Assembly (NCBI GenBank): GCA_902579195.1
Contig: CACHFV010000001.1
Coordinates: 9,089 to 73,088, forward strand
Length of the DNA: 64,000 bases
Direction: 5' to 3'
DNA from: an uncultured SAR86 cluster bacterium
GTDB lineage: Bacteria > Pseudomonadota > Gammaproteobacteria > Magnimaribacterales > TMED112
Shown: piece by piece, positions 21,193-29,711 of the stretch
How the letters are laid out: each line of letters opens with the position of its first letter
Position numbering within the stretch: position 1 is the first letter of the stretch
Notes under the pieces: generated by a model
What the model saw: only the letters and a program-made list of their open reading frames with translations
The model's database searches: none
Told to the model about the DNA's origin: nothing
Program-made: the position numbers and the translations under genes

Positions 21193-21417
21193 ATGAGAAA
21201 AATTTTAGGGTGGTCCTTATTAATAATCTCAATTATTTTAACTTTTGTAAGTATTGTAGTTGCATCCATGGGCGAGTTTCTTTATGGGGGCGGCATCTAT
21301 GTGGCCAGCCAAGTGACCTGGTACCCTGGTCTTGCATTACTAGGCCCAGAAATAATCCAAAAAAGCAAAGACCTATGGAATAATTTTGTAGAGAGATTTC
21401 GGTTTAATAAGAAATAA
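21193..21417 (+). CDS. hypothetical membrane protein (74 aa)
   Basis: N-terminal TM WSLLIISIILTFVSIVVA; no family recognised. Confidence 0.45.
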   Translation: MRKILGWSLLIISIILTFVSIVVASMGEFLYGGGIYVASQVTWYPGLALLGPEIIQKSKDLWNNFVERFRFNKK

Positions 21418-21659
21418 TGATTTGCATCAAAACACAAATACCAAAAGAAATATGCGACATAGATGATGAGTTGAAAGCAATCTATCACTCATAAGACACT
21501 GTGTGTATTTGAGTTTTCAGATACCGAGAAGACAGAAATGATTTTCTTGATGAAACAGTAGGGATGAAAAAAGAAGAAAGAGAAGCATATTATTTTGACA
21601 ACTATAATTAACTAAACTTCTAGATATTGGCGTACAATATTTTTGATTATTATGGGCTT

Positions 21660-22784
21660 ATGAAAAACACAATTTCCTTACTATTTTTTTTAACAACATC
21701 AATTTTGGCATTCAGTAATCCGCAATCTGAGACTCATGACTCAATGGAAAATATGCAGCATGACGAGCATATGATGCCCGAAGAGCACGGCATGGATCAT
21801 GCTGATCATATGATGATGCATGACCCATACCCAGTTGGTGTTATGGGCAGCTTACACCATGAAGGGTTTATGTTTTCTATTAAGCATGGGCGCATGACTA
21901 TGGAGGGCAATATATTTGATGGTGACAACATATCCACCGCAGATATTTTGCAAATGCCAAACCCATTGGGGAGCATGCCAGCAAATCTCTCAGTGGTTCC
22001 TGAGTCCATGGATATGAGCATGACTATGGTTGAGGGTATGTATGCTTTTTCTAAGAATATTACCTTTATGTTGATGGGTACATTTATGTCGAAAGATATG
22101 ACGCTTAATACATATGCACCGATGATGAATAGAGATCTGCTTGGTCAATTCAACACATCATCTTCAGACTTATCTGAATTAACATTTAGCACTCTGTTTA
22201 GAATTGCACAGCATGGGTCATCACAATGGCACGGTGAAGTTGCTTATCAAAAATCAGTGGGAGCAAATGACCAAAAAGATACCGTCTTAACACCTATGAA
22301 TATGATGATGGAAATGGTGTTGCCGTATGGCATGCAAAGCGGTGATGGTTCCTCTAGATTAATTCTTGGTATAACCAACACAAGAAAAATAAATAAAAAA
22401 CTTAGCTGGGGCAATCAGTTAAAAAGAAATGCTGTATTGAGCGAAAAAGACTGGTCGTATGGAAATCGTACAGAGCTGAACTCATGGCTTCAATATCCTC
22501 TTAACGAGACAGTCAGCCTGTCTTCAAGGCTTAAGTTTGTAAGCCAAGATGCAATTTCTGGTAATAGCCCATTAATTAGCGCTCCCGTCCAAACAGCAAA
22601 CCCAGCAAACTATGGTGGAGAAGAACTGCATCTGGGTTTTGGGGCAAACTTCAAATTCAATATTTTTCCAGGCGGCAATGATGTGCTGGGTATTGAAATC
22701 TTAACGCCGATGATACAAGACAAAAATAACCTGCAAATGAAAACAGACTACCAAGTAATTGTTGGGTACCAAAAAAGCTTTTAG
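21660..22784 (+). CDS. outer-membrane beta-barrel protein with Met/His-rich N-terminal tract
   Basis: Track ORF 21627; ATG 21660 gives the MKNTISLLFFLTTSILAFS signal. Mature N-terminus HDSMENMQHDEHMMPEEHGMDHADHMMMHD, alternating beta-strand pattern, C-terminal ...VGYQKSF (terminal Phe, typical of OMPs). Confidence 0.65.
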   Translation: MKNTISLLFFLTTSILAFSNPQSETHDSMENMQHDEHMMPEEHGMDHADHMMMHDPYPVGVMGSLHHEGFMFSIKHGRMTMEGNIFDGDNISTADILQMPNPLGSMPANLSVVPESMDMSMTMVEGMYAFSKNITFMLMGTFMSKDMTLNTYAPMMNRDLLGQFNTSSSDLSELTFSTLFRIAQHGSSQWHGEVAYQKSVGANDQKDTVLTPMNMMMEMVLPYGMQSGDGSSRLILGITNTRKINKKLSWGNQLKRNAVLSEKDWSYGNRTELNSWLQYPLNETVSLSSRLKFVSQDAISGNSPLISAPVQTANPANYGGEELHLGFGANFKFNIFPGGNDVLGIEILTPMIQDKNNLQMKTDYQVIVGYQKSF

Positions 22785-22792
22785 AGTTTCGA

Positions 22793-23152
22793 TTGAAAAA
22801 AATTAACCTTAAATCTAAATTTTCCAAGTTTAACGACCTCTGGTCACCAAAAGTTATTGCTGAGATGAATGATTATCAATTCAAGCTCGTTAAAATTAAA
22901 AATGATTTTACATGGCATGCACATGAAGACACAGATGAGGTATTTATTGTCATTGAGGGGAGTATGCAGATAGAGTTTGAAGATGAAACTATTGTGCTTA
23001 ATAAGGGTGAAATGTATGTCGTGCCGGCAGGCAAGCGCCATAAACCTTTCGCTCCCGAAGAAGCTAAAATCATGCTAGTTGAGCCAAAAGGAGTTGTTAA
23101 TACCGGCAATGAGATTAATGAGCTAACAGCTGAAAACGATCAGTGGATCTAA
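22793..23152 (+). CDS. cupin domain protein
   Basis: Cupin motifs WHAHEDTDEVFIVIEGSMQIEF and YVVPAGKRHKP; 119 aa; TTG start per the track. Confidence 0.7.
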   Translation: MKKINLKSKFSKFNDLWSPKVIAEMNDYQFKLVKIKNDFTWHAHEDTDEVFIVIEGSMQIEFEDETIVLNKGEMYVVPAGKRHKPFAPEEAKIMLVEPKGVVNTGNEINELTAENDQWI

Positions 23153-23158
23153 TGAGTG

Positions 23159-23374
23159 CTATTCTGGCAGAACAAACAAGTCTTCAACAGAGCATTTAAG
23201 CGTCTTGGCAATCTTTAATGCCAAAACCGTTGATGGCACATAAACACCATTTTCAATTGAGTTAATGCTTACCCTAGAAACCCCAGCTTTTTCGGAGAGT
23301 GCCTGCTGGGTTAAACCAGCAGACATACGGATAGTTTCTAAATTATTAAGCAGCTTCCTGTGATCTTTACCCAA
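23159..23374 (-). CDS. short XRE-family HTH transcriptional regulator
   Basis: LTQQALSEKAGVSRVSINSIENGVYVPSTVLALKIAKTLKCSVEDLF is a canonical Cro/C1-type HTH. 71 aa, second gene of a two-gene minus-strand operon. Confidence 0.85.
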   Translation of the reverse strand: MGKDHRKLLNNLETIRMSAGLTQQALSEKAGVSRVSINSIENGVYVPSTVLALKIAKTLKCSVEDLFVLPE

Positions 23375-23385
23375 AGAATACCTTC

Positions 23386-23916
23386 TTATCCTTTCTCAAA
23401 ATCTTCGACTGCTTTGTTAATCTCTTCACTTTCTCTTGGGTAAAGATAACCTGCAACAAGAAGTCCTACACCTATAGTGAAAACAAGGGCACCAACACCC
23501 ATTAAGATATCACCAAGAAAAAATATTCCAAAGAGAAACAAGCCTATTCCTGTAAATGCTGTGGTCACACCATCTTTTCTATAATCACGAGGGCTCTTTT
23601 TACCCTCTTTAAAGCTAGCCAATAAATCTTCAACAGCAGCAGGGTCCTCAACATTCTTGCTAACTTCAATCATGGCATCGTATCTGTCTTTCTTTTCCTT
23701 TGCTGAGAAGTATAAAGCTATGAAAACAATAATTATTGGCAGAAGCATGCCCATATACGGAATACCAACTCCTAAAATGCTTATGAGCGAGTCACCTGCG
23801 TGTGCTTGATTTATGCTGCTTTCAATTTCAACAGCTAAACCATCATCGGTGTTGATGTCTATGCTGAAATTTACAATAAACTCTTTGATTTCTTCTATTT
23901 GTTTTTTTAGATTCAT
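23386..23916 (-). CDS. hypothetical membrane protein co-transcribed with the XRE regulator
   Basis: 176 aa with three hydrophobic helices (GIPYMGMLLPIIIVFIALYF; AFTGIGLFLFGIFFLGDILM; GALVFTIGVGLLVAGYL). Its stop is 11 nt before the XRE start. Confidence 0.6.
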   Translation of the reverse strand: MNLKKQIEEIKEFIVNFSIDINTDDGLAVEIESSINQAHAGDSLISILGVGIPYMGMLLPIIIVFIALYFSAKEKKDRYDAMIEVSKNVEDPAAVEDLLASFKEGKKSPRDYRKDGVTTAFTGIGLFLFGIFFLGDILMGVGALVFTIGVGLLVAGYLYPRESEEINKAVEDFEKG

Positions 23917-23935
23917 CTCAACTCCTTATAAGAAT

Positions 23936-23982
23936 GTGTAAAGTATACCTTACATGTAATGAATGTAAAGTATACCTTACAT
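23936..23982. promoter_or_regulatory. tandem palindromic operator pair in the divergent intergenic region
   Basis: GTGTAAAGTATACCTTACAT (23936-23955) and ATGTAAAGTATACCTTACAT (23963-23982) are 19/20 identical. Each holds an 18-bp near-palindrome TGTAAAGTATACCTTACA (16/18 symmetric). They lie 20-66 nt upstream of the minus-strand ATG at 23916. Confidence 0.6.
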
Positions 23983-24055
23983 TAATATATTGGCACGCAA
24001 GCTATTTCGCAATAAAATTAAACCGTGGTACGTATAAAATCTTATTTGGGATATT

Positions 24056-24742
24056 ATGATTGAACAGTTTTTTGATCAAACCAGCTCTTCGTTTACTTAT
24101 TTGGTGTCTTCCAGCAAGCACAATGCTTGCATCATTGATCCTGTTAAAGAAAATAACGAGATCTACATTCAATATCTTGCCCAACACCAACTCAAGCTCA
24201 ACTTCATTCTAGAAACCCACACTCACGCTGATCATGTCACCGGCTCAGGTGCACTAATTGATATGTTTGGCTGCAAAACTTTTTGTGGCATGGTCTCTAA
24301 TAACACCAACATTGAAACACTTCATGATGGCCAGGAAATATGGTTAGATGATTTAAACATCCAGGCCATATACACACCTGGCCACACCGATGATTCTTAT
24401 TCATACCTGCTCAAGTCTTCTGAAAACACTTATTTGTTTTCTGGTGACACCCTGCTTATTAATGGCTGCGGGAGAACAGACTTTCAGAATGGGAATCCTG
24501 AACAGCTTTATGACTCTATCACGCAGAAACTATTTTCATTAGACGCTGATACCATTGTTTTCCCAGGGCATGACTACAACAATGCAACAAGCACGACAAT
24601 TGCAGACCAAAAAAAGAACAACCCAAGATTGGCCAACAAATCCAAAGGTCAATTTATTGACATAATGAATAATCTGAACCTGCCAACGCCTAAGCTCATG
24701 GATGTAGCCGTGCCATTGAATTCAAAGTTGGGAAAAGAGTAG
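24056..24742 (+). CDS. MBL-fold metallo-hydrolase, ETHE1/persulfide-dioxygenase-like
   Basis: H-x-H-x-D-H motif (ETHTHADHVTGS), plus the N-terminal FFDQTSSSFTYLV...IIDPV pattern I recall as typical of ETHE1-type enzymes; PGHTDDS. Confidence 0.65.
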   Translation: MIEQFFDQTSSSFTYLVSSSKHNACIIDPVKENNEIYIQYLAQHQLKLNFILETHTHADHVTGSGALIDMFGCKTFCGMVSNNTNIETLHDGQEIWLDDLNIQAIYTPGHTDDSYSYLLKSSENTYLFSGDTLLINGCGRTDFQNGNPEQLYDSITQKLFSLDADTIVFPGHDYNNATSTTIADQKKNNPRLANKSKGQFIDIMNNLNLPTPKLMDVAVPLNSKLGKE

Positions 24743-24948
24743 TGTCAAAATTTAATTTTCTTTTAGTTTGGGTCTTTGGTTTCTTCGCGCTATTATCATT
24801 TGATCTCTTTGTTGAGGCATTTGTGTTTGAGTGGCTTGCATGGAATGGCACTGACAAGAATGATTGGTTCTTTGTTCTGTGGTGGGGTTGCGTTGTTGTT
24901 TGGTTCACTTATGGAATCAAACGGATATTTTTTAAAAATAGTTTATGA
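24742..24948 (+). CDS. hypothetical membrane protein (68 aa)
   Basis: GTG start overlapping the preceding stop. Two hydrophobic helices (FLLVWVFGFFALLSFDLFV; FFVLWWGCVVVWFTY). Confidence 0.4.
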   Translation: MSKFNFLLVWVFGFFALLSFDLFVEAFVFEWLAWNGTDKNDWFFVLWWGCVVVWFTYGIKRIFFKNSL

Positions 24949-24955
24949 TTGACCT

Positions 24956-25252
24956 ATGAAAAAATTCATAACTATAGCACTAAGTTTTTTAATTTCTTCC
25001 TGCGCGGTATCTCTTGGAAATACAGACAATATGCAAAGAACAGTTGTCTCAAACCTTACACCTGAATACGCATGCATCATTAACCATCACTATTCCCATC
25101 ATGGGGAAGAAGTGCCAACAGACATTAGAGTGTATCTTGAAGTAACAGATACCAATTGCGAGACTATAGGCAAGCACTCAGCAAAAAAACCAAAAAAAGT
25201 TGAGAAGCCAGAAGAGGAAGAAGAGTTAATTAAGAAAAAAAGGTTTTATTAG
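24956..25252 (+). CDS. hypothetical lipoprotein
   Basis: Lipobox-like signal MKKFITIALSFLISSC. K/E-rich tail. 98 aa. Confidence 0.5.
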   Translation: MKKFITIALSFLISSCAVSLGNTDNMQRTVVSNLTPEYACIINHHYSHHGEEVPTDIRVYLEVTDTNCETIGKHSAKKPKKVEKPEEEEELIKKKRFY

Positions 25253-25533
25253 GTCAGCCTATAACACTCAATAGATTCCGCCTGTTCTTTATACAAAAAT
25301 TTTTCTGTTTGTCTTGTATCGTTGTCCCATTTGAGGGTGGCAGAAGCTTGCCATACGTTCTGTTTGAGTCTTTTTACATCGATGCGATATTTGTAATTTG
25401 GTTCATTAGCATATTTCGCTAATCTTCTTTCACAGTCCCGCTTTATGCTGGCTTTGGAAAAAAAATCATGTACCAAAATCTCGTCTTCTTTTGTGACCCC
25501 TATGCCTAAATTAAATCTGAGCAGCTCGAACAT
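25249..25533 (-). CDS. hypothetical protein (94 aa)
   Basis: ATG-initiated ORF convergent with the lipoprotein gene (4-nt overlap). Soluble, with no motif recognised. Confidence 0.4.
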   Translation of the reverse strand: MFELLRFNLGIGVTKEDEILVHDFFSKASIKRDCERRLAKYANEPNYKYRIDVKRLKQNVWQASATLKWDNDTRQTEKFLYKEQAESIECYRLT

Positions 25534-25635
25534 TTTATGTAAATATTAAAAACACATTATATGATCATTTATTGCACATATCTACAGCTTTTTATGAGTG
25601 CTTAACAATCCGCTATGTGGTAAATTAAGCATGTG

Positions 25636-26724
25636 ATGAGAATTGGGGTTCCTGCCGAAATAAAAAATAATGAATACAGAGTTGGGTTAACGCCTGAATC
25701 AGTGCATGAGCTTTGTTCTGTGGGTCTCGAAGTCAACATTCAGTCACAGGCTGGTAGCGCTATTGGTTTCACAGATCAGGATTATCAACAGTCTGGAGCA
25801 ACAATCTTATTCTCTGCATCAGATGTTTATGAGTCATCAGATCTAATCGTTAAAGTAAAGGAACCTCTGCCAGAAGAATTTAAGTTTTTATCACCAGACA
25901 AAACGCTTTTTACATACCTACACTTAGCTGGCAACAAATCACAAGCAGTGGAACTAATGAATACCGGAGTAACAGGTATCGCTTATGAAACCGTCACTTC
26001 TTCAGACGGATCATTGCCACTTTTGGCTCCAATGAGCAAAATAGCAGGCCAAATTAGTGTTGTGGTTGGACAATATTTCCTACTCAAACCCAATGGAGGT
26101 ATTGGAACTATTCTTGGTTCAGTTGACAGCATTGAGCGACGAGTTGTTACTGTGATTGGGGCAGGCGTTGCTGGCATGGAAGCAATTAAAAAAGCAATTG
26201 CAAATGACGCACACTTAAAAATATTAGATCTCTCACCAAAAAGATTGGACGAACTCAAAGAACAATTCGGCACCAACAACATTGAGTATATTTTATCGGA
26301 TAGCAGCTCAATATCTTCTGCTCTGGAGGCATCAGATTTAGTGATTGGCTCTGTGTACGTTCTGGGCAAAGAAGCGCCTAAAGTTATTACCGAAGAAATG
26401 ATTAAAAAGATGAAATCAGGCAGCGTGTTGGTTGATATTTCAATTGATCAAGGGGGGTGTATTGAGAGCAGCAAGCCGACTACGCACGACGCTCCTGTCT
26501 TTAATAAACATGGTGTTGTGCACTATTGTGTAACCAATATGCCCGGCGCAGTACCACTCACAGCAACCCTTGCTTTAAATAACGCAACACTACCCTATGT
26601 AAAAGCATTGGCCACTCAAGGTGTTGATGAGGCTCTTAAAAATGATAGCCACCTATTTAATGGGTTAAATATTAAAAATGGTGAAGTTGTTAACCCTGCT
26701 GTAAAAGAAGCACTTGAATCATGA
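25636..26724 (+). CDS. ald: alanine dehydrogenase
   Basis: MRIGVPAEIKNNEYRVGLTPESV N-terminus and Rossmann GAGVAGMEA. Length ~362 aa. Track start 25633 is GTG; ATG at 25636. Confidence 0.93.
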   Translation: MRIGVPAEIKNNEYRVGLTPESVHELCSVGLEVNIQSQAGSAIGFTDQDYQQSGATILFSASDVYESSDLIVKVKEPLPEEFKFLSPDKTLFTYLHLAGNKSQAVELMNTGVTGIAYETVTSSDGSLPLLAPMSKIAGQISVVVGQYFLLKPNGGIGTILGSVDSIERRVVTVIGAGVAGMEAIKKAIANDAHLKILDLSPKRLDELKEQFGTNNIEYILSDSSSISSALEASDLVIGSVYVLGKEAPKVITEEMIKKMKSGSVLVDISIDQGGCIESSKPTTHDAPVFNKHGVVHYCVTNMPGAVPLTATLALNNATLPYVKALATQGVDEALKNDSHLFNGLNIKNGEVVNPAVKEALES

Positions 26725-27662
26725 ATAGACTTTTATTTTATGCACCATTGGGCTTGTCATTTTTATTTTTCATTGTCTATATATTGCTAGCTGCGAATAC
26801 CAACTTCATCTCTGTTGAGGCTGGATACGCAATTGGCGAGGTCTCTAGGTGGTGTGAAAGAATTAGTGATAGCTATTTTAGAGAACAGTCAAACGCATTA
26901 AGCAATATAGGCTTTATGACTACTGGATTAATCATGTTCTGGATACTAGCACGTGAAACAAGAATTAGTGGAAGTAGATTTCATGGTAGCGCCCCCACAG
27001 CCATTCTTTATGCAGCAACAGCATGGTTTTTAGGTCCAGGATCACTTTTAATGCATGGGACACATACAACATGGGGCCAATGGGCAGATTGGTTAAGTAT
27101 GATTATGTATATTTCTATTCCCTGGCTAGTAAATTTATTCACAACTAAAAACTGGAGAGAAAGCTTGTTCATTAAGACTTACTTGATCATAGTTGGGCTC
27201 TATGGTTTTCTTAGTTGGCACCTAGGAACAGGTTTGGGAATAAATTTTAACTTCTGGTTTTTATCCATAGCTTTGTGGATCATCACAGAAGTTCTGCAAA
27301 GTCTCTACACCCCAATCTTAAGAATTTTATCGGGTTTTGTCGGCATAGGTGTTATGTCAGTATTTGGTGTCTTTCCAAATGAGATCTTTACAAATCTAGA
27401 TCAATATTGGTGGATTGCTCTTTTTTGGATACCTGCAATTTTTATTAATAAAAAAAGCGATTATTCAAAAAGATATACCCCTTGGTTTTGGCTAGGTGTT
27501 TTCTTTTATGTATCCGCATTTATTATTTGGCTGCAAGGCTACCCAGAGCAACCACTTTGCAATCCTGATTCAATTTTTCAGCCACATGCAATGTGGCATT
27601 TACTATCTGCGTGCGCAACATTCTCATTTTTCTTTTTCTTTAGAACAACAAAATTGAGGTAG
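26721..27662 (+). CDS. ceramidase-family (alkaline ceramidase-like) integral membrane hydrolase
   Basis: 7-TM protein. WCE...SNALSNIGFM, LMHGTHTTWGQWADWLSM and QPHAMWHLLSA parallel the WCE..N..SN, FH.T...D.L.M and FHAWWH motifs of alkaline ceramidases as I recall them. Confidence 0.6.
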   Translation: MNRLLFYAPLGLSFLFFIVYILLAANTNFISVEAGYAIGEVSRWCERISDSYFREQSNALSNIGFMTTGLIMFWILARETRISGSRFHGSAPTAILYAATAWFLGPGSLLMHGTHTTWGQWADWLSMIMYISIPWLVNLFTTKNWRESLFIKTYLIIVGLYGFLSWHLGTGLGINFNFWFLSIALWIITEVLQSLYTPILRILSGFVGIGVMSVFGVFPNEIFTNLDQYWWIALFWIPAIFINKKSDYSKRYTPWFWLGVFFYVSAFIIWLQGYPEQPLCNPDSIFQPHAMWHLLSACATFSFFFFFRTTKLR

Positions 27663-27674
27663 TATCATATAAAG

Positions 27675-27971
27675 ATGAGAAGTTTAGGTTTAGGTTTTGC
27701 TTATTTGTGCATTTATACGACCCCAATTCAGGTTGGTTTTATCATCTGGCAATTATTTATCATCTTTACAACTGATTACACTTTTTTAAACATGTCCACC
27801 AAAGAGTTCTTGGTTGATAATCTTAAATTTCTTCATGACTGGATTTACTCATGGTTTTGGAATGCTTTCCTTGATTTTTTTTATCAATTCCCAGCTGTTG
27901 TAATGAGCACCCTTAAAACTGTCGTTAATTATTATTTGGGCTTTTGGTTATTAGGAAAATTTAAAACATAG
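27675..27971 (+). CDS. hypothetical membrane protein (98 aa)
   Basis: Multiple hydrophobic, Trp/Phe-rich helices; no family recognised. Confidence 0.4.
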   Translation: MRSLGLGFAYLCIYTTPIQVGFIIWQLFIIFTTDYTFLNMSTKEFLVDNLKFLHDWIYSWFWNAFLDFFYQFPAVVMSTLKTVVNYYLGFWLLGKFKT

Positions 27972-27976
27972 TTTCA

Positions 27977-28678
27977 ATGAGAAGTGCTACCTTTCTATTA
28001 TTTTTAATCTGTTCCTTTGTACAAAGTGAGTTGATGGATGAACTGACAGCAGAAGAAGATGTATTTAAAGCAGGCCTTAAGCTAGTTGGTCTTGAGAAGG
28101 GTCTTCACTTGCTAGAAGACCATCCAGCAGAGAAAGATGAAGCTGTTATAGCAATACATGGTGTTGCAACACTTGGCTATGAGTGGGTGTATCCTCTTAG
28201 TAAGCTCGATACAGAAACAAATATAGTTGCTTTTTACCGATGGGCTCCAGTTTCTACATCTTGTTCTACAGACGAGGCAGAAGAGTTAATCAAAGCTATT
28301 AATAATGATTTCAATCAATATTCTAAAATTAAACTAATAGGCCATAGCGCAGGTGGTTTTCTTGTTTCAAGCATACTTGATTCAATCGAAACAGACCGAA
28401 AGATAGAAGCGCATATTATTGCTTCACCACTGAAAGGCACTAAGCCACTCAATGAGCTTTGTGGTTACTCACCAATAGAAAATCTCAAAGATAATGTTGT
28501 CTTATATGAATGGCGAACCCAAAAAAAACTAGATGCTATTTATAAGTTGATGCCTTTCGACCCTCAGATAGTAGAAATTGAGGGGAGCATAGTTACACGC
28601 TTGCCTGATAAATATAAAAACAATAGACTAGGTCATAACTGGTCAATCAGTTGGGTTGTTGACCACATTTCAAAATAA
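27977..28678 (+). CDS. secreted alpha/beta hydrolase (lipase/esterase-like)
   Basis: Signal peptide MRSATFLLFLICSFVQS and nucleophile elbow GHSAGG. Confidence 0.65.
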   Translation: MRSATFLLFLICSFVQSELMDELTAEEDVFKAGLKLVGLEKGLHLLEDHPAEKDEAVIAIHGVATLGYEWVYPLSKLDTETNIVAFYRWAPVSTSCSTDEAEELIKAINNDFNQYSKIKLIGHSAGGFLVSSILDSIETDRKIEAHIIASPLKGTKPLNELCGYSPIENLKDNVVLYEWRTQKKLDAIYKLMPFDPQIVEIEGSIVTRLPDKYKNNRLGHNWSISWVVDHISK

Positions 28679-28684
28679 TAATTT

Positions 28685-29659
28685 ATGCTTCCAGAAATTT
28701 TAAAAAATAATCTCTCTGTTCCTGTTGTAGGTGCGCCTTTATTTATCATTTCAAGACCAGGTCTTGTTATTGCACAGTGTAAAGCTGGCGTTGTTGGCTC
28801 CTTTCCAGCCTTGAATGCTAGGCCTCAGGAGGTTCTTTCAGACTGGATAAAGGAAATCAAAGATGAACTGGGTCAATACAAAGAAGACAATCCTGAAAAA
28901 CCTGTAGCACCATTTGCAGTTAATCAAATATGCCACTTGAGCAACGATAGGCTCTTTCAGGATGTTGAAACTTGTGTAAAGCATGAAGCACCAATAATTA
29001 TTACATCTCTTAGGCCGCCTGAAGATCTGGTTAAAGCAATTCACAGTTATGGAGGACTAGTCTTTCATGATGTTATAAGCACTCGCCATGCCCAAAAGGC
29101 AGTTGAACAAGGCGTTGATGGATTAATCTTAGTTTGTGCGGGAGCTGGTGGACATGCTGGAGCTTTATCACCATTTGCGCTCTTAAGAGAAACACGAGAA
29201 TGGTACGATGGAACAATACTTTTATCTGGCGCAATTTCAGATGGCTACTCTGTTGCTAGTGCTCTAGCTATGGGAGCAGACCTTGCATATATGGGCACAA
29301 GGTTTATTGCAACCGAAGAATCAGAAGCCGATGATGATTATAAAAAAATGCTTATCGACTCAGCTGCAAAGGATGTTGTTTATACAAACTATTTCAGTGG
29401 CGTGCATGGCAACTACCTATCACCATCTGTTGAAAAAGCAGGCATGGATCCATTAAACCTGCCAGATGCTGACAAATCAAAAATGAATTTTAATTCTGGG
29501 GGGAATGCTGAAAAGAAAGTTTGGAAAGATATCAAAGGTTCTGGCCAAGGCATCAATTCAATCAAAAGTTCGCCAAAAGTGGTTGATCTTGTTGAGCAAA
29601 TCACGGGTGAATTTCGTTCAGCTAACCAGGAATTCAAAAATAAAGCGGACAACTATTAA
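28685..29659 (+). CDS. nitronate monooxygenase / NPD-family FMN oxidoreductase
   Basis: PVVGAPLFIIS, LILVCAGAGGHAG and ALAMGADLAYMGTRF are typical NMO TIM-barrel blocks. Confidence 0.8.
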   Translation: MLPEILKNNLSVPVVGAPLFIISRPGLVIAQCKAGVVGSFPALNARPQEVLSDWIKEIKDELGQYKEDNPEKPVAPFAVNQICHLSNDRLFQDVETCVKHEAPIIITSLRPPEDLVKAIHSYGGLVFHDVISTRHAQKAVEQGVDGLILVCAGAGGHAGALSPFALLRETREWYDGTILLSGAISDGYSVASALAMGADLAYMGTRFIATEESEADDDYKKMLIDSAAKDVVYTNYFSGVHGNYLSPSVEKAGMDPLNLPDADKSKMNFNSGGNAEKKVWKDIKGSGQGINSIKSSPKVVDLVEQITGEFRSANQEFKNKADNY

Positions 29660-29711
29660 AAATACAAGTTGAGCCAATTTATTAGTAATAAGATTCAAGT
29701 ATAATAACTCT

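Noticed and set aside
23991-24011. TGGCAC at 23991 suggested a sigma54 -24 element upstream of the MBL hydrolase gene.
   Set aside because: The required GC of the -12 element (TTGCW) is not present at the correct 5-nt spacing; the sequence reads TGGCACGCAAGCTATTTCGCA.
26945-26960. A parS-like sequence, ACTAGCACGTGAAACA.
   Set aside because: Only 12/16 match the TGTTTCACGTGAAACA consensus (one good half-site), and it lies inside the ceramidase-like coding region. Not a convincing centromere site.
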